The translations under genes and the position numbers were made by a program. The notes beneath the pieces are model-generated. The model had not been told where the DNA came from and ran no database searches. It saw only the letters and a program-made list of their open reading frames with translations. This document shows, in pieces, positions 38,169-53,100 of a DNA stretch of 64,000 bases (positions are counted from its first letter, which is position 1; each line of letters opens with the position of its first letter). This DNA is from Trichinella spiralis (lineage: Eukaryota): contig NW_003526943.1 in the NCBI RefSeq assembly GCF_000181795.1, forward strand, positions 11,956,007-12,020,006. Direction: 5' to 3'.

Positions 38169-41100
38169 ATGGAAGAAAAAGCCGAAATTTTCACCTTTGA
38201 AAAGGTATTCAAATTTATTATTTCCATTTTTATTTTTCTATTTCATTAATAACAATAATAATAATAATAAATCACTTTGATTTTTTTTCTTTCTTTTTGT
38301 TCTTCTTCTTCTTCTTTTCATGCATATAATATTATTCATTTAAATTTTACATACAGGGCGATTTAGTATGGTACAACACGAAACAAGGCTATGCATTGCC
38401 AGGCAAGATTACAGAAGTAGACTCTGCTTCATCTACAGCTTGGGTGCAGTCTAATGACAAGGTATTATTATAAGCTGTTTAATTTGTCGAAACAAAGTAT
38501 CTATTTATTAAAAATATGCATGAATTTATTATTTTTAGAAAGAAGAAATAGCTGAATTTCATTTCAATGATTTACAAAAGAGGGCAAGCGATGCAATGTG
38601 CTTTGAAGATCTCGTCCAATTAGAGTAATAATTTTTTACTTTTCATTTATTGCGTAAAAATACCATTTTATCCACATATATCATCACATATTGCAGTGAT
38701 CTTTGCAATCCAGCCGTGCTCTGGGCACTGAAAACACGATTTGAATATGGGAAAACTTACGTAAGCATCAAGCTTTTCTTGAACAAATGAAATAGCATTT
38801 TCGCAAACATCAATCCATTAATTAATTATTAATGTATATTATATCAGTTATTGGATAAGGAGGAATTTATTAAAATTCCAATAATAAAAAGAATCTAAAA
38901 TTTATATTAGAAAATCTTTAGACATATATCGGCGAAATGCTGATCAGCATCAATCCGTATCGTCATTTGGATGTGTATGGTCCTGAAATAATGGAGCAGT
39001 ATAGGAAAAAGATGACGACTTCTCTTCCATCGTAAGTGACAGCTGAAAAATGATTGCAACTCAACTTGTGTCATTTATTCAGGCACGTGTATGGCTTTGC
39101 AGAAATGGTGCAAAGACGACTCTACGCTTTTGATACAAGTCAATGGATTATTGCAACGTGTGTATAAAATTTGATAAATTTTATGCTTATTATTTTCAAT
39201 TTTTCCAATTCTTCCAGTGGTATCACAGGAAGTGGCAAGACTGAATTATGCAAATTAATGGTGCAGTATTTTGCAGAAGGGTGTAAAAGAGAAATGAAGT
39301 GTGAAAGAAATTTATTCATTTCAAATCAACAAACAACTTTAATGCTTGCTTTAATTAGGGAAGCCGCATTCAATGATAAACTCTATCACGCGATGCACAT
39401 TCTACAGTCATTTTTAAATGCAAAAACAGCTGCAAACGACAATTCAACTCGTGGTGGAAAAATCTACTCATTGCAATATCAAAAGTAATTCATCATTTGT
39501 TACAATATTTCATGAAATTAATCAATCGTTATGCAGTTTACTTCTTTTTTTTGTTACTTTCACTTATTATATTACCACTTATTGCACACAGTTCACACAG
39601 CTATTGTATATAGTTGAATTAATCATTTTTGTAACTTTAATAATGGTGATTTAAAAATTCTTTAATATGTAAAAAGTATAAAATGGTTGACAGGATTATT
39701 GAAGCATATTTTCAAATGCCAATAAAAAATTTTTATGAAAGCAATCACAGTACAGTAGTACAAAGTAAACAAACATGTAAAGTATGAAATATTTTTTGTA
39801 GCGTTACATTTTATTTAAAAAAATTGCATTTGTAGTAAAAAACTTATTGGAGCCAAAGTTGCGTGTTGTCTGTTAGAAAAGACTCGCCTAGTGAGCCATG
39901 TCAAAGGTGAGAGAAATTTTCACATTTTTTATGAAATGATAGCTGGCTTGAAGCAACAGACACGACAAAGCTTCGGATTGAATACGCCGGAAAACTTCTT
40001 TTACCTAAACCAAGTGATAAGATGATAAAATAACAAAAAGCGGCATATTTATACATTTATATAACATTTATTTAGGGAAAATGCGTCAAACTGAGTAGTA
40101 GAGAAGAGAACAATTTTGAGCTTCTCGAAAATGCTCTTGAAATAATAAAAATTACATTGGATCAACGTCATTATATTTTCCGATTGTTGTCAGCAATTCT
40201 TCATCTTGGAAACATTTATTTTGAAGAACAGGTATAATACAAGTACTAATTAATTTATAATGTTAAGCAAGCAGAGTGGCGCAGAGGAAGCGTGCTGGGC
40301 CCATAACCCAGAGGTCCGTGGATCGAAACCACGCTCTGCTAAAGTGTTTTAAACCTTCAATTATTCATCACGGATCAACTGAATCAGATTTTATTTCAAA
40401 ATTTTACTTTCTATAATTATAATTTATTTTCTGCATTAACTGTTCATTAATAAAATAAAATAAAATATAATATAATATAACAATTGACTGGAACTAAACA
40501 GCACAGCATATCAACTATGTTCATGATAGAATGAACAAAAAATTCCTTTTAAAAGTAAAAATAGTAATTTGACAAATAATTGCGCAGTAATGTAAATGAA
40601 TGGATGGATCTGCGCAATTTTCTGATATGATTTTCTTCTTATTCAATAAATAAATGATGGAAATTTTTAAAGTTTCGTTTTTATTTATTGGAATATTTTT
40701 AGACAGAAGACAGCAATCGAAGACTTGTTATAGCCAATCCAAACGAAGTACAGTGGGTTGCATATTTGTTACAAATGGATCCGGACGAGATAACTCATCG
40801 ATTGACAACAAAAGTGATAGTAAATGGATTTTGAAAAGTTCATTGTGTAAAGTGTTCATTGTAATTGATGTTTTGTTTCAGGAATCTCGAGATCAGAAAG
40901 TTGTACATGCTTTGACATTGGATCGAGCTCTAGATATCAGGTAATTTTTAAAATGTCTGAAAAATATTCCACTCGTTCTCGATTTCAATGTTGATTTAAA
41001 TTTTAATTTCAACATATTTTCAAGAGATGCTATTGCCAAAGAACTGTACGTGGGTTTGATCAGATGGATTATTATGAAAATTAATAAACAGCTCTGTGAC

Positions 41101-44100
41101 ACTGGCGACGACTGCAACGAAATAAACATTTTGGACCTGTACGGTTTCGAAGTAAGCACAGAGATTGATTGATTGTGAAGTTCATTGAATGAGCATGAAT
41201 TAATTTTCCACGTCAACATTGTATATATTTAGTGCTTTAAAGTGAATTTCTTTGAACAACTCTGCATCAATTATATCAACGAACGCGTTCAAAGGTTGTT
41301 TGTCCGAGTGCAGTTTTGCTCTGAACAAATGGAATATATTCGCGAAGACGTCGTCTGGGATAGGAATGTCGGAGCTAACCTGCTCAACAACTCCATTTTC
41401 AACATTCTGGCCAAACAGCCAAACGGCATCTTATCGTTGTTGGACGACGAGTGCAGCTTTCCCAAAGGGTCTGATGAGTCGTTTCTAATCAAATGCCAAA
41501 ACAATTACGACGACAGCCCACTTTTCACGGCTAAAACAAAGCGTCAACCTGGGTTTGTTGTGCAGCATTTTTTCGGACATGCTCGATACAATGTACTTGG
41601 ATTTGTGGACAAAAATCGTGAAGTGCACAGCGCACAGACTGTGGAATTTTTGTTGGAAAGTCAAAACATTGTAAAACAAAAATCCAAATCAACCATACAA
41701 AATTATCTATTAATGATCATTAATTTTTATTATCTATTTTCAGCTTATAGCACAAATGTTTGAAAAGCAAAAATTGGCTTTGTCAAAACGTAAAGAAGAA
41801 AGTGAAAATTTTGACACCTATCGCATACGAGCACCAACCTTTGCCATGCAACTGCATGAAGAGTTCAACCAATTGACGAAACGTATAGAGAAGTAAAATT
41901 ATAATCAAATGTGAAAAATTGCAAAATATCCCACATCATGCATAATCTGTAACTTAGATATATGGTCCATTTTGTTCGTTGTATCAATCCCAATAAAGCG
42001 AAAGAAGCCGACGTACTGGACATGCAATTTGTACTTGAACAAATTAAATGTCTGGGTCTCACTGAAGTTTTGCATATGCAAAAGTTTGGTTTTACGATTA
42101 AAATGAAATTCAGAGATTTTCTCGTCAGGTAAAAATGATTTCAAATTGCCACTGGCAGTGTTCATTCAGTGCGGATTGGTTCATGTAGATATGGATGTCT
42201 GAAACCTGAAGCTGCAACAGTGGAAACGAAAGATGAAAAAAATATGTGCCTGTACATTTTGACATCCTTAGCTCATCAGTATTTCCAAGACTTTCGCATT
42301 GGTAAAACCAAGGTAATTCATCATTGAACTTGCTGTTGAATTTTTTAACAATGTTTGATTCAGGTGTTTATGAAAGATATTGTAGCTGAACATTTGGATT
42401 CCATTTTGAGTGAACGTCTCAGCAGTTCAGTGATAATTATTCAAAAATATTGCCGTGGTTTGTTGGCAAGAAGAAAATTCCATCACCTATACGACTGGAT
42501 TACACACTTGCAAGCAATTGTGAGAGGTTCTCAAGCCAGGTAAATTTAAAGTGTTTTAAATTAACATTAAAATAACAGACAGTTGTTTTGTAAAATTAGA
42601 AAGAAATTTTCCCTGATAAAAGCAAAAATGGCTGAAGAAGCACAGCAGTATGCTAAACAAAGTCGAAATTTAGAAGTGTTTCGAGAATTATCAATAAAAC
42701 CAAATTCACAAGATAGCAATGCTAATTTACAAGTAACTGTTAACATGGCTATTGAAAATGTTATAATCGAATAAACACTGATGCTTTCAGCAAAGAAATT
42801 CCTGCGCTATTGTTTCGGTGAATCACTTAGAAATGCCTCAGAATTTAGCTGAAATGCTTTTAACAACGACGAGTAAGTTAATAAATAAGTTTATGGTTTT
42901 TTCAATGATCCGTCAATTTGGATCATTCCAATTCTTCTTTCGATCCTTGCATTAGAACAATTTTTGCCTTTGAAAATTTTACATGGCATAGATTATTACC
43001 ATCTATTTTATTGGAGTTTTTATTTATGCCCATTTTTTAAGATTTAGATGCTGATAAAAATATAGTTCGTGCAGATCGTCTCATTGCATCGCATCATGAA
43101 CAAGAGTTTATTCTACCCCATGACTTACACGAATACTCTTTCAACAAATATGCACAACAACATTTCAAAGTATTATGAATGAATATTTGAAGCTGTAAAA
43201 AATGTCACTTATAAAATTCACCTATAGAATCACACTTGGCAGATGCGCCGTGATCCTATCAATACACCATTTCTGCACAAAGACAGTGAAGCAGAGATGC
43301 AACTTTCGCTTACACTTTTTAGACTGGTCTGCAAATTGCCAAATACGCTAATTGAATAATAGCTATAAAATTGTTGCAGATTCTTCGTTACATGAACGAC
43401 ACTTCGCTTTCATCGTCGCAAGAAATTATTTTATCCAACTACATTATTCAGAAAGTAATTCTTTTAATGAAATCATTATTCATTAAATTCATTATTTATT
43501 TTTCAGGGAATTGACAATAAGAATTTACGCGATGAAATTTACGCTCAAGTCATAAATCAAATTCATGGCAATCCAAATCAAGCAAACGCAGAACGTGGTT
43601 GGAGACTGCTTGGACTCTGCGCTTCAGCATTTCCTCCAACAGATGCCATGTTCAAATATGCACTAAAGTAAAATTGATATTGAAAGAACAAGGGGAAAAT
43701 TTTAATTTCTTCCATTTTCATTCATCAGCTATGTGATGAATGCAGATTGTGATGGATTTAAAAATTTGCTCAAAACCAAACTACTCCAGAGCATACATGA
43801 CAACAACACTACTATGCGACGCTATCCACCGTGCATTTTGGAACACAAAGCAGTTCGAAGCAAGGCAAAGATGGCTTTGCTTTCTTACTTGAGTGACGGT
43901 ATACTTTATTATCATTTTGTAAAAAGAAGAAAGATGCTATAAAGAGAGATTGTTTTACATTTTGTGTAAGGTAGTAAAGTCGGTTCTCAAATTGATTCTT
44001 GGACCAAAGCTGAAGAATTTGCTGAACTGGCCCTGAAAAATGGGTAATTTTGCATATATTGGTGTTTTGTTTAAAGTAGAATTTTGCAACTTTTAAGAGG

Positions 44101-47100
44101 AATCAGTGAATGCACCGGTTGGACTGTCAGTCTTGAATGTCAAGATGCTGTAATTCGTTTGAATGGAAACCAATACTTGTTGGACGTGCTCAGTTACATC
44201 GAACTACCCCAGCTATTTCCGGCCCAGAAATCAGATTACTTGATTACAATGAAGCAGCATAAGAAGCCCCATCTTGAGCCGTCGACAATTCAAGAACGAC
44301 TTGAAGCGCTCGAACGCAGACCAAACCTTAGAACATTGGTTTCTGATGATTTTCATTCGTCAAAACTTAAAAACGGTGGCTCCATCAGAAGCCTTGTTCA
44401 CAAAGCACGACTACAACGTGGAGAAAAATTGGACTCTGGTATAAAGTTATTTATTTTTCACATGTGACATTTGAATTTGTTAACATCTCGCTGCAGCTTC
44501 AGTCAAGCAAGAATGGTTAAATTGGAATGAAAAATGTGCAGCTCAAAACAAAATGAGACCAGGTCATTTAAATTTGGATCATGATGGATCTGTAACTAGT
44601 AAGCAGCGCATTTGCTTGCTATTTAAAAAAACAAAAGAAAATTTTTTTCATTTTACCAAGTGTTTCGATGTGATCTTTCATTGTTTTTCATTTTCTCTAA
44701 TATTATCATTTAGACAATGCTCGCTGCCAAAGTAGAATGAGCTCAAATTCATATCAAACTGATCATTCAATACTTACCGCAGATACAAGCAATCAAACCC
44801 GACCACCGAGTAAGTGAACATGATTTGTCTTTTTTGGTCGCCTATAAAACAATTTACAATTTCCAATTAATTCATCACAAATGCTTAATATATTTGATAT
44901 TGAATGGAAATGAAAACTGCCATATGTCATAATAATAAAAAGCAGTATTACATGTGAGAAATAAACAAAATCAATTTATTGAAAGTTATCAATTGCGTGT
45001 GATTAAGAGAGATATTTGATGTTCGGTCAATTTTTAGGTTCAGTCAATACACTAAGAAGTAGCAAGTTTTGTGAAACAAGCCATCCATTAGTAGATGAAA
45101 ATCAACGTAAGACATTTTCGTGGAGCAGAACCTCAACCCGCCCGGAAGCTCCTGCTTTGGCAAATAATTTGTCTAGTCAAGCAGAACAAAGTGAAAATAG
45201 TAAAAATTTATCATTTGTTATTTTATTTTAAAAACTTCACAATTTTTACCTTCTTAAGAGCAAAATTGTCAAAATTATGATAAGGAAAATGTTGACAAAA
45301 AAAATTCTATTCCTGCAGAACAAGCTGTTATACAAGATATTGCATACATGTCTATCAGTAAGTTTACTTTTGATATTTAAATGTATATTTTTTTTAATTT
45401 AATTACTAGAAAAACTTACAGATCGGCGACCAATTTCAAACTATTCCAGTTTATCCAGCCATTTCCGTGGTATATCTATACCAGGGAGAAATTCTGAAGT
45501 AGATGAATTCTTGGATCAACTTTTCAATCCTGTAACAGTATAATGTTTATACGTCGTATTTTATGGTACTTTACAATAAATGCACGCTTCTGAAAATAGG
45601 TTCTTGGAAATATGAATGACCCAAAAAGTTTAGCTGCTACCATCAAAGGTGGCGGAGATGAATCGGATAACAAAAATCAACCAGTAGCTGTAGAGCAAGC
45701 TCAAACAATGTACTCATCACTATATTCCTTCATGCCACAGTATGCTTCTCCTGTGTTTATGATGATGCCATATGACGGTAAGTTTTAAAATTAAAAAGGT
45801 CTTAAGTAAAAAAATATCTTTTCTGATGTTTTTATTGCTAGCAGCAAGAATGTTCATGCCAAATCAGAGGGATTCACAAGTTCAAGTAGGTTTAAATTAG
45901 CTGACTGATATTTTTTAATGCCATTGTTTTGCAGGGAATGCAACAGTTTTCTAATGTTAAAGCACAAGGAAATTTCAACGCAGACCAAGCAAACGTATTA
46001 ATGCCCGTGCCACTTATGCCGGTTCCATTCGGATCATACGTAAATTTTCTAAATATTTTTTTATACTTTTGTGTATCGTATGTTTTGAAGCAAAACTATA
46101 GCTACTTTTAATACGTAATAAATGTTTTGTATTCTTTTATAAAATATGTATTTAAAATAAAATTGAAAGAAACATTATTTACATCAAAGAAATAAATTAA
46201 AACTATTCTGTAATAATTGAAATGTATTTTTTACGTATGAACCAAAATAATTAAATTTAAGCAAATAAAATTTAACTTATGAAATGTAACGCTTGGTCAT
46301 TTGTTGAAATTTATGAAACAGTTAAAATGAAGCATACAAAATTGTTAGTATTGCAGTTTTTTTTAATCTATTTGAAATTTGCTAAGGTTGTGCAACAGTT
46401 ATAATATCATTAGATTAAACTTTATTGTAAAATGTTTATAGATGCAGGCAAATTCCATTGGGCAAGAAGCGTTTAAAGGCCCCTCTAATATGTTGCCTTT
46501 GTCAATGTAAGATATTTCCAAAAGAAGTTACGTTTTCAATGTTGATGAGAATTTTTTAAATTATTTTAGGAATCAGAATTTTAGTCCAAATTACAGATTA
46601 CAAGAATATCAACATCCATTACCTCCAAATGGTGTTGGATCAGACGTGATGAATACTTCATTTAATCCTCATGTTGTGAATCCCAACAGTACTGATGAGC
46701 CTTGCGTTCATGTAAGTAAATTTAAATTAATTGCTTTTACTTTTAAAGAGATTTAAAGATTTTTTGCTTTTATTTTTGTTTTACGAGTTGTAAAATTTAA
46801 CTTTCATGTCTAACAATGTAGTGCTTTTAGGAAAATAATTTCAACAATGATCTGAGCAGTAAAGTCAAAGAAGAGATGACTTCTCTATCTGAAGCAGGGT
46901 ATATTTTACACATTTCCTTGTTATGCAGTTTTAACAAATTGCAGACAAAATATTAAGCACATTTCAACAGTAATATTTTGCAGGACTGGTGACAGTATAA
47001 CAAACTAATGTTAGAAATTTTGCATGCATACATTTTATAAAAGTAAACTGCACTTTTAAGTGAATTTGATTCTATTTTATTTTCTGTGTAAAAGTAATTT

Positions 47101-50100
47101 TTATTTGTCTATTTTTTGTTATTATATTATTTTTTATTCTACTTTCTTCTTCGAATTTAAATTGCGTTGAATTAGCATGTAAAAGTGTAAACTGGTATGA
47201 ATGGGATGAGTGATTATATAAAATTTCAAGGTTTTAATGACAGAGAAAGTTGAAAATTATATAAATTTACTTTAGGTCATTTTTTCCAAATAGTTCTCAG
47301 TTGTGGAAAGGAAGAGATGGTAAATTTTAATTAATTCTAGTCAATAATTTGCCTGGTGATGAAATTTCGTCATTTTGCAGCGATGAAAAGTAAAAATGAA
47401 GACGACAGTAATCAAAAATTGTTCTATCAGTGGGAGCAAATTTCGAAATCAGATGCTGCGGCAAAATGCAAACCTCTGTCCACTCCAACTAAAACTTTAA
47501 TTGAAGAAGAAACTAGAAGCTTGTTATCAAGAGATAGTTTTGCTTCGAGAGATATTATAAATAGAAATAATACAAAGTCTGTTGCCTCTTTGGATGCTTC
47601 AAAAGAGCATGAAAATATTGATAACAGCAATTACAGTACACTGACAACAAGTGAAAATAAAATACACCAGAAAGAGTCGGGCAATATGAAAACATTGTCG
47701 AGAGAACATTTGTATGGAAATTTGACTTATGACAGTGAAAATCGTTGGATTAATCCGTGTGAAAATGTATGCCAAACAGAAGATGATCGCTGTCGAAGCA
47801 ACACGCCCACCGCTTATCGTCTAGAGCAGCCTCAGCTTACCAGTGCAGAAAGCTTTGATACGCTACCTGTTTTACACAGAGATGCGAGTAATGTGTTATT
47901 TATGTCAAGCATTGAAATTCATCCGTAAACAAGTGAATATTATAAGCAGGTGAATTTGGTTACGGCAATCGGGTGCCAATGAGGGATGGTTTGATGAAAA
48001 TCCCTCCAAGCATTTGTTCAACATCAACTCGAGAAAGTAGAATTGATTCGCGGCCAAGTTTCAAAACTCATGATTATTTCTCATCCACATTAGTTGGATT
48101 GAAAGAAAAACGACGTGGTCCTGCATTAACATACGGCAATGTGGCGTGGACATTAATGATCCGAAAAGAGGTTGCTGAAGTTATTATTTTACTTTTTTCA
48201 TTATCCTAAAATATAGTTTTTGCATTTTATAGTTGTTTTTCCCAAACGATTCTCTGCAAGATCCTGCTGCACTGGATGCAATATTTTATCAAATAGTTCG
48301 AGATACATTCAATGAGAAGGACAGTTTTCGACTGGAAAAGGCGGAACGTAATCAAATGATACGCTTATTAAGTAACAAAAATTATATTATTATACAATAA
48401 TTGAAAGCAGTGTTCAGCAAGGCAGTTTACTGTTGTTTTTAGCATCGAATGGAATTGAATTAGAAACACTAACCAGCGCTAACATTTCACCATCGTTCAA
48501 GAAGCACGTCGTTCAAATTGCACGCTCTTGGCCGTTGTACTTTTGTCGATTGTATCCAGTTACGGTAATAATAGAATTTAAATTTTTATTTTATAACTGG
48601 AAAGTGTAATTTCATTAATAACATGCACAGGTGAGTAGTAAATTTGGAGAAGATCGTCCTCATTATGTTGGAATTTCCGAATCTGGAATATGGCTAATCG
48701 ACAGACAAGGTGAAGGAAGTGACGAAGCATTGCGTATTGTCGAATGCTACGAGTATGCATTTACAACGAAGCTTATCGTGTTAGTGTATATTTTACAACG
48801 CTTGTTGCCTTTTTTTCAAAAAACAAAATAGGTTTGAAGATATTGATCACACAGAAGCTACAGAAAATGAATTTTTACTTTCAACAGTTAATGGAGTTAT
48901 TATACGAGTATCTACTAAATCTGGCGAAGAAATAACAAACTTGGCTAACAAATACATGTTTGGACCTAATCAAGTAGATTTCATTTCAAACGAAAAAGAG
49001 ATATGTTTGCAAATGTGAAATTTCATTAGGGAAAAGAATACGTTCGTGCTACGGCAGATTATATAACAGAAGAACCGAATTTATTGTCCTTTCGAAAAGG
49101 AGATATCATTCAGCTGGTTAAAACAATGCCAGATGCACATCCTGGTTCAGGTATTTAATTGAAATTTTGGACATGGTTTTCAAGGGAATAAACAATTCGT
49201 ATTACAGGGTGGTTATATGGAAAGATTAACACGAAATATGGATTTTTTCCAAAAGAGCATTTGGATCCTATAAGTGACAGTGAAGAAGAAGCAGAAGATG
49301 ATGATGATGATGAAAATGAAGAACAGGCAAGCGAGGTATTTTTATATTTTTTAAAATTAATTAAACGTTAACAATTTTGTTTTACTTTCTTTTGTTTGAA
49401 TAACCAATTACTGTTCAGTTGTATTGAACAGGCGAAGAATTAAAGAGAAAATTTTAAGATTTAAGATTCAAATATTGGCACGTTTATTGTAAAGAGGTTA
49501 AGTGTCCGAAGGACGTAAAGTCGTTCAAAAGAGTTGAGATATTTTTGATAAAATGACATCAGATCATTTTGGCTAAGTGAAAAATAATATTGATTGCTCA
49601 CGAGACTTTTATAAAATAATTATACCACTGTTTAAAGCAGTTGGCTTGAAAAAAAAACTAGTTTTTCGCTTTATGCAATTGTTCTCATACTTGTTGAGTG
49701 GAAAACTGTATTTCTCTTTTTCAAATCTCAACTCCAATAACTGTCACAAAATTGATGAGTGAAAATTGAAAACAATTTTGAATATAGTAATTCAACGAAT
49801 ATGCTTTTCTTGTGTTTTGTATTTTGGAATCGACATTCGTGGAATTCTCTGAAAACGTCAATTATGTGTGAGAAATGGAGGAAGAAATTTTTGTTTTTCA
49901 ATCAAGTGCACTTGTTAATTTAATCATTTTTGTTTACTGTAGAATAAAAATAATAAAGTAGCAATTTTGAAGAAAAACATGATCGGGCAGTTTTGAAAGC
50001 GTTTAACAAGTATAAGTAGAAAATTTTGAAAAAGAATAAACATGTTTGACATGACAACTTAATTGCTTTAAATTTTTGCGAAGAAGGTTTTTGTAAATTT

Positions 50101-53100
50101 TCCAGTTTTGCAAGTCACGTTAATGTTCAGTTTTAGTTTTGAAAAAAATGAATTTTTAATGAACTTTAAAAATTATTGGCAAATAAATATCTGAAAATTT
50201 TATTTATAAAGTGTTTGTCATAAAATTAAATTAAAGATTGGTATGAATATTTAAAGATAGATTCGATCAGTCGTCGAAGGTGAGGTCAAGTAAGCTGCAA
50301 CAGGAAATGAAAGTTTTTGCCCATTAAATTTCGACACCATTATTCACAGCCATGCATTAGTTTTAAATTATGTCAAAATAAAAGTTGTTCAATTTTCATC
50401 GCTATTATTCACACTTGAAGTTATTTTCTTCAGTGATTTTATTTTTTTAAATTTGTCTGTAAAATGTTATAAAATTGAAATAGCAAGCTATTTTTTGTTA
50501 TAATGGAAAAATCAGTTTTTTCCAAAACTTGTTTATTTTTTGAAATTATCTTATGTGAGATATTGAATAATTTTTTTTCCCCAAATTAAATGTTTAGTTT
50601 GGAGTATAGTTTTGATGTTGTTTTGTAGAAATTCAAGTATAAAAATTGAAATGCGAACAAAAAGCAAAAAAAATGGAGAAATTTTCTTCTTCAGAAATTT
50701 AATTAAAACCATTTTACTAGTGATTGTTAATGTTTAATTTTTTTACTTTTCAAAAATTGCAAAAAGTTGAACAATTTAAATTACTTGTGTGTGTGAGAGA
50801 CAGAGAGAGAGAAGGGTGGGGGGGCAGAGGGAGAAGAAAATGAAGAATAGGAATTGAAGAATAGGAATTTTTGAAAATGTTGAAAAATTTAAATTATTTA
50901 AAAATAATTAAAAAAAAGAGGAATCTTCAACTTTAGGTGACAAATGCCTGTGTACAAGGATGAATGAATGTGAGAGGTTGTTTGAGAAAATTGAAATGTA
51001 GGAAGGTAGAAGAAGTAATATTTATTTGTAGCAGAGATTATTAGCCATGTGAATGAAACCTTGACCGTTTGTGTTGACTATGAAATATATTTTGAAATAA
51101 GAAGAGATGTGATGAGATGTGATGAGATGTTGCTGCTTCTTGTGTTGGTTGTGGTGGTGCATGTTGTTGTTGTTGTTGTTGATTGTGAACAGGACAAGCA
51201 GACGATGACAATGTCGTTTCTGGGTCGTTAAGAAAAAGTTTGCGCACTTGATTAGAATGCGGCTCAATTTTTGGTCAAAAGGCCTCGAGTGATTGCTCTT
51301 TGGCTAGTTTGCCCTTTTGTTCAGAATCAGAAAACGGCTCAATGTCGAAAAGCGGCTAACTAACTACTTGCTAGATGTTGGAAAATTTGTCATCAATTTT
51401 CCTCCTCTGCTTGCTTGCTTATATCTTCGTTTATTTGAATCATCTTGACGATACATTGCACAAAAATTTCCACTTCATTCACAGAAAAACAAATATTAAG
51501 CAACATTTTGAATATTGTGAAACATCCCGTCATTATTTTTCACAATGAAACACCACGACAACATTTACACTTTGGCTAATTTGCCCAAACCCAAACCATC
51601 TTATAAATATCACATCTGCTGCTTTTCGTTTCGTTGGCCCCTAATAGAGGATCAGTATTATATAAAATATGTAAGTTTGTTTTGCGAGTGGAAGTTTTAA
51701 AGGAAAATTATGCAATATTTTCCTCTTCAATTGTTTGCTTGTTCAGAAATATTGAATAATGAAATTGGACAAGTAACTTTGCAGACCCCCTGAGCATACT
51801 GTTTGTCAATATGTCATTCAGTATTGTTGGGTCGAGGCAGGGGTGAATGACTGTTGTAAATTTTTTTAGGTACCCAACGGCCTTGAAGCGTCGAATCAGA
51901 TGACCCCGACAAGCCCGCCGCCCGTATCGGCGCACTCAACACAAGACAAGCTGACCATGATGGAATTTGCGATGCTTCATTTCCGTGAAGCGCAAAAGTA
52001 ATTGTTCACATTTCAACAGAAAAGATAATATTCAAATCAATTTCAAATATTATTAATTTATTTCAATGAGCAAAATTATCTATTTCAATAATTTAACCAA
52101 TCGAATAGAGATATTTGAATAGTTTTAAAAAAAATACAAGTTAAATCTGATTTTCAAAGCTGAAATTAATTAATTAATTAATTAATTAAAAAATAATAAT
52201 AATAATTGATTTGTAAAGTATTTTATTTGAAAATAATTTCACAATGAAAAGAAGTAGAAAGCAATTTAATCATTTTATTGAGTCGACAGTTGGTTCACGA
52301 TGACTACGACAGTCAGTTCATTTAATTGTTATTGAATAAAATTCGCATAAAAATAAAATACAATTTTGTTCATTTATTTCACCTAACTAACAATTGTAGG
52401 TTTTTAATTTATGCATTTCATTATTATCATTCTTTATCCTTATTCGAGGATGAAATGTTGGTTCTTTTCAATTGCTTCTCTACTGAAATTTTATTCGACA
52501 AAAAAAGATTCAATTTTGATATAATTTACAACAATGTACTATTTTAATTGTTTTCATGTACGATAAAATTCAATTCATCATAGTCATAAGGTTAAATGTA
52601 ATTTTCGTATTTACTTGTTTGCTTTTTTTCAATTTTCAGATATGAATCTACTCAAAATAGCACCTTAACTACATTGAAAAGAAAATCAAGTAAGAATGGA
52701 CAATAATTTATATCATTTTGGAAATTTAGTTCTAAATGTTATCCACTTTAAGAAAAAGAATGGACTTGGAAAGATGTAGCAGATCTTGTAAAATTTACAA
52801 AAGTAAGATGTTTATTTATGAATTATTTGTTGTAATTTTTCAATTCGTTGGTGTTGTTTTTCATTTTAAAGTTAATTGATTTCGTTGATAATTTTTTTAC
52901 TGTACCTGTAGTCACCTATACAAAATCCGTTGCTGAAACTCGACAAAGGGGATGTTGGTAAATTGGCTGTTGACTGTTTCTTGAGTATGCATATTTTATA
53001 ACTTGTTCAAATGTAATTGAATTTACATTGATTAAGATTTGATGATGTACATGGGTGATTATCCTTTGAAAAAGGATAACAACTATTTGGATTGTGTTTA

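Noticed and set aside
37711..38169. ORFs in the GC-richer block upstream of the myosin ATG
   Set aside because: No recognisable domain or splice support; more likely promoter or 5' UTR.
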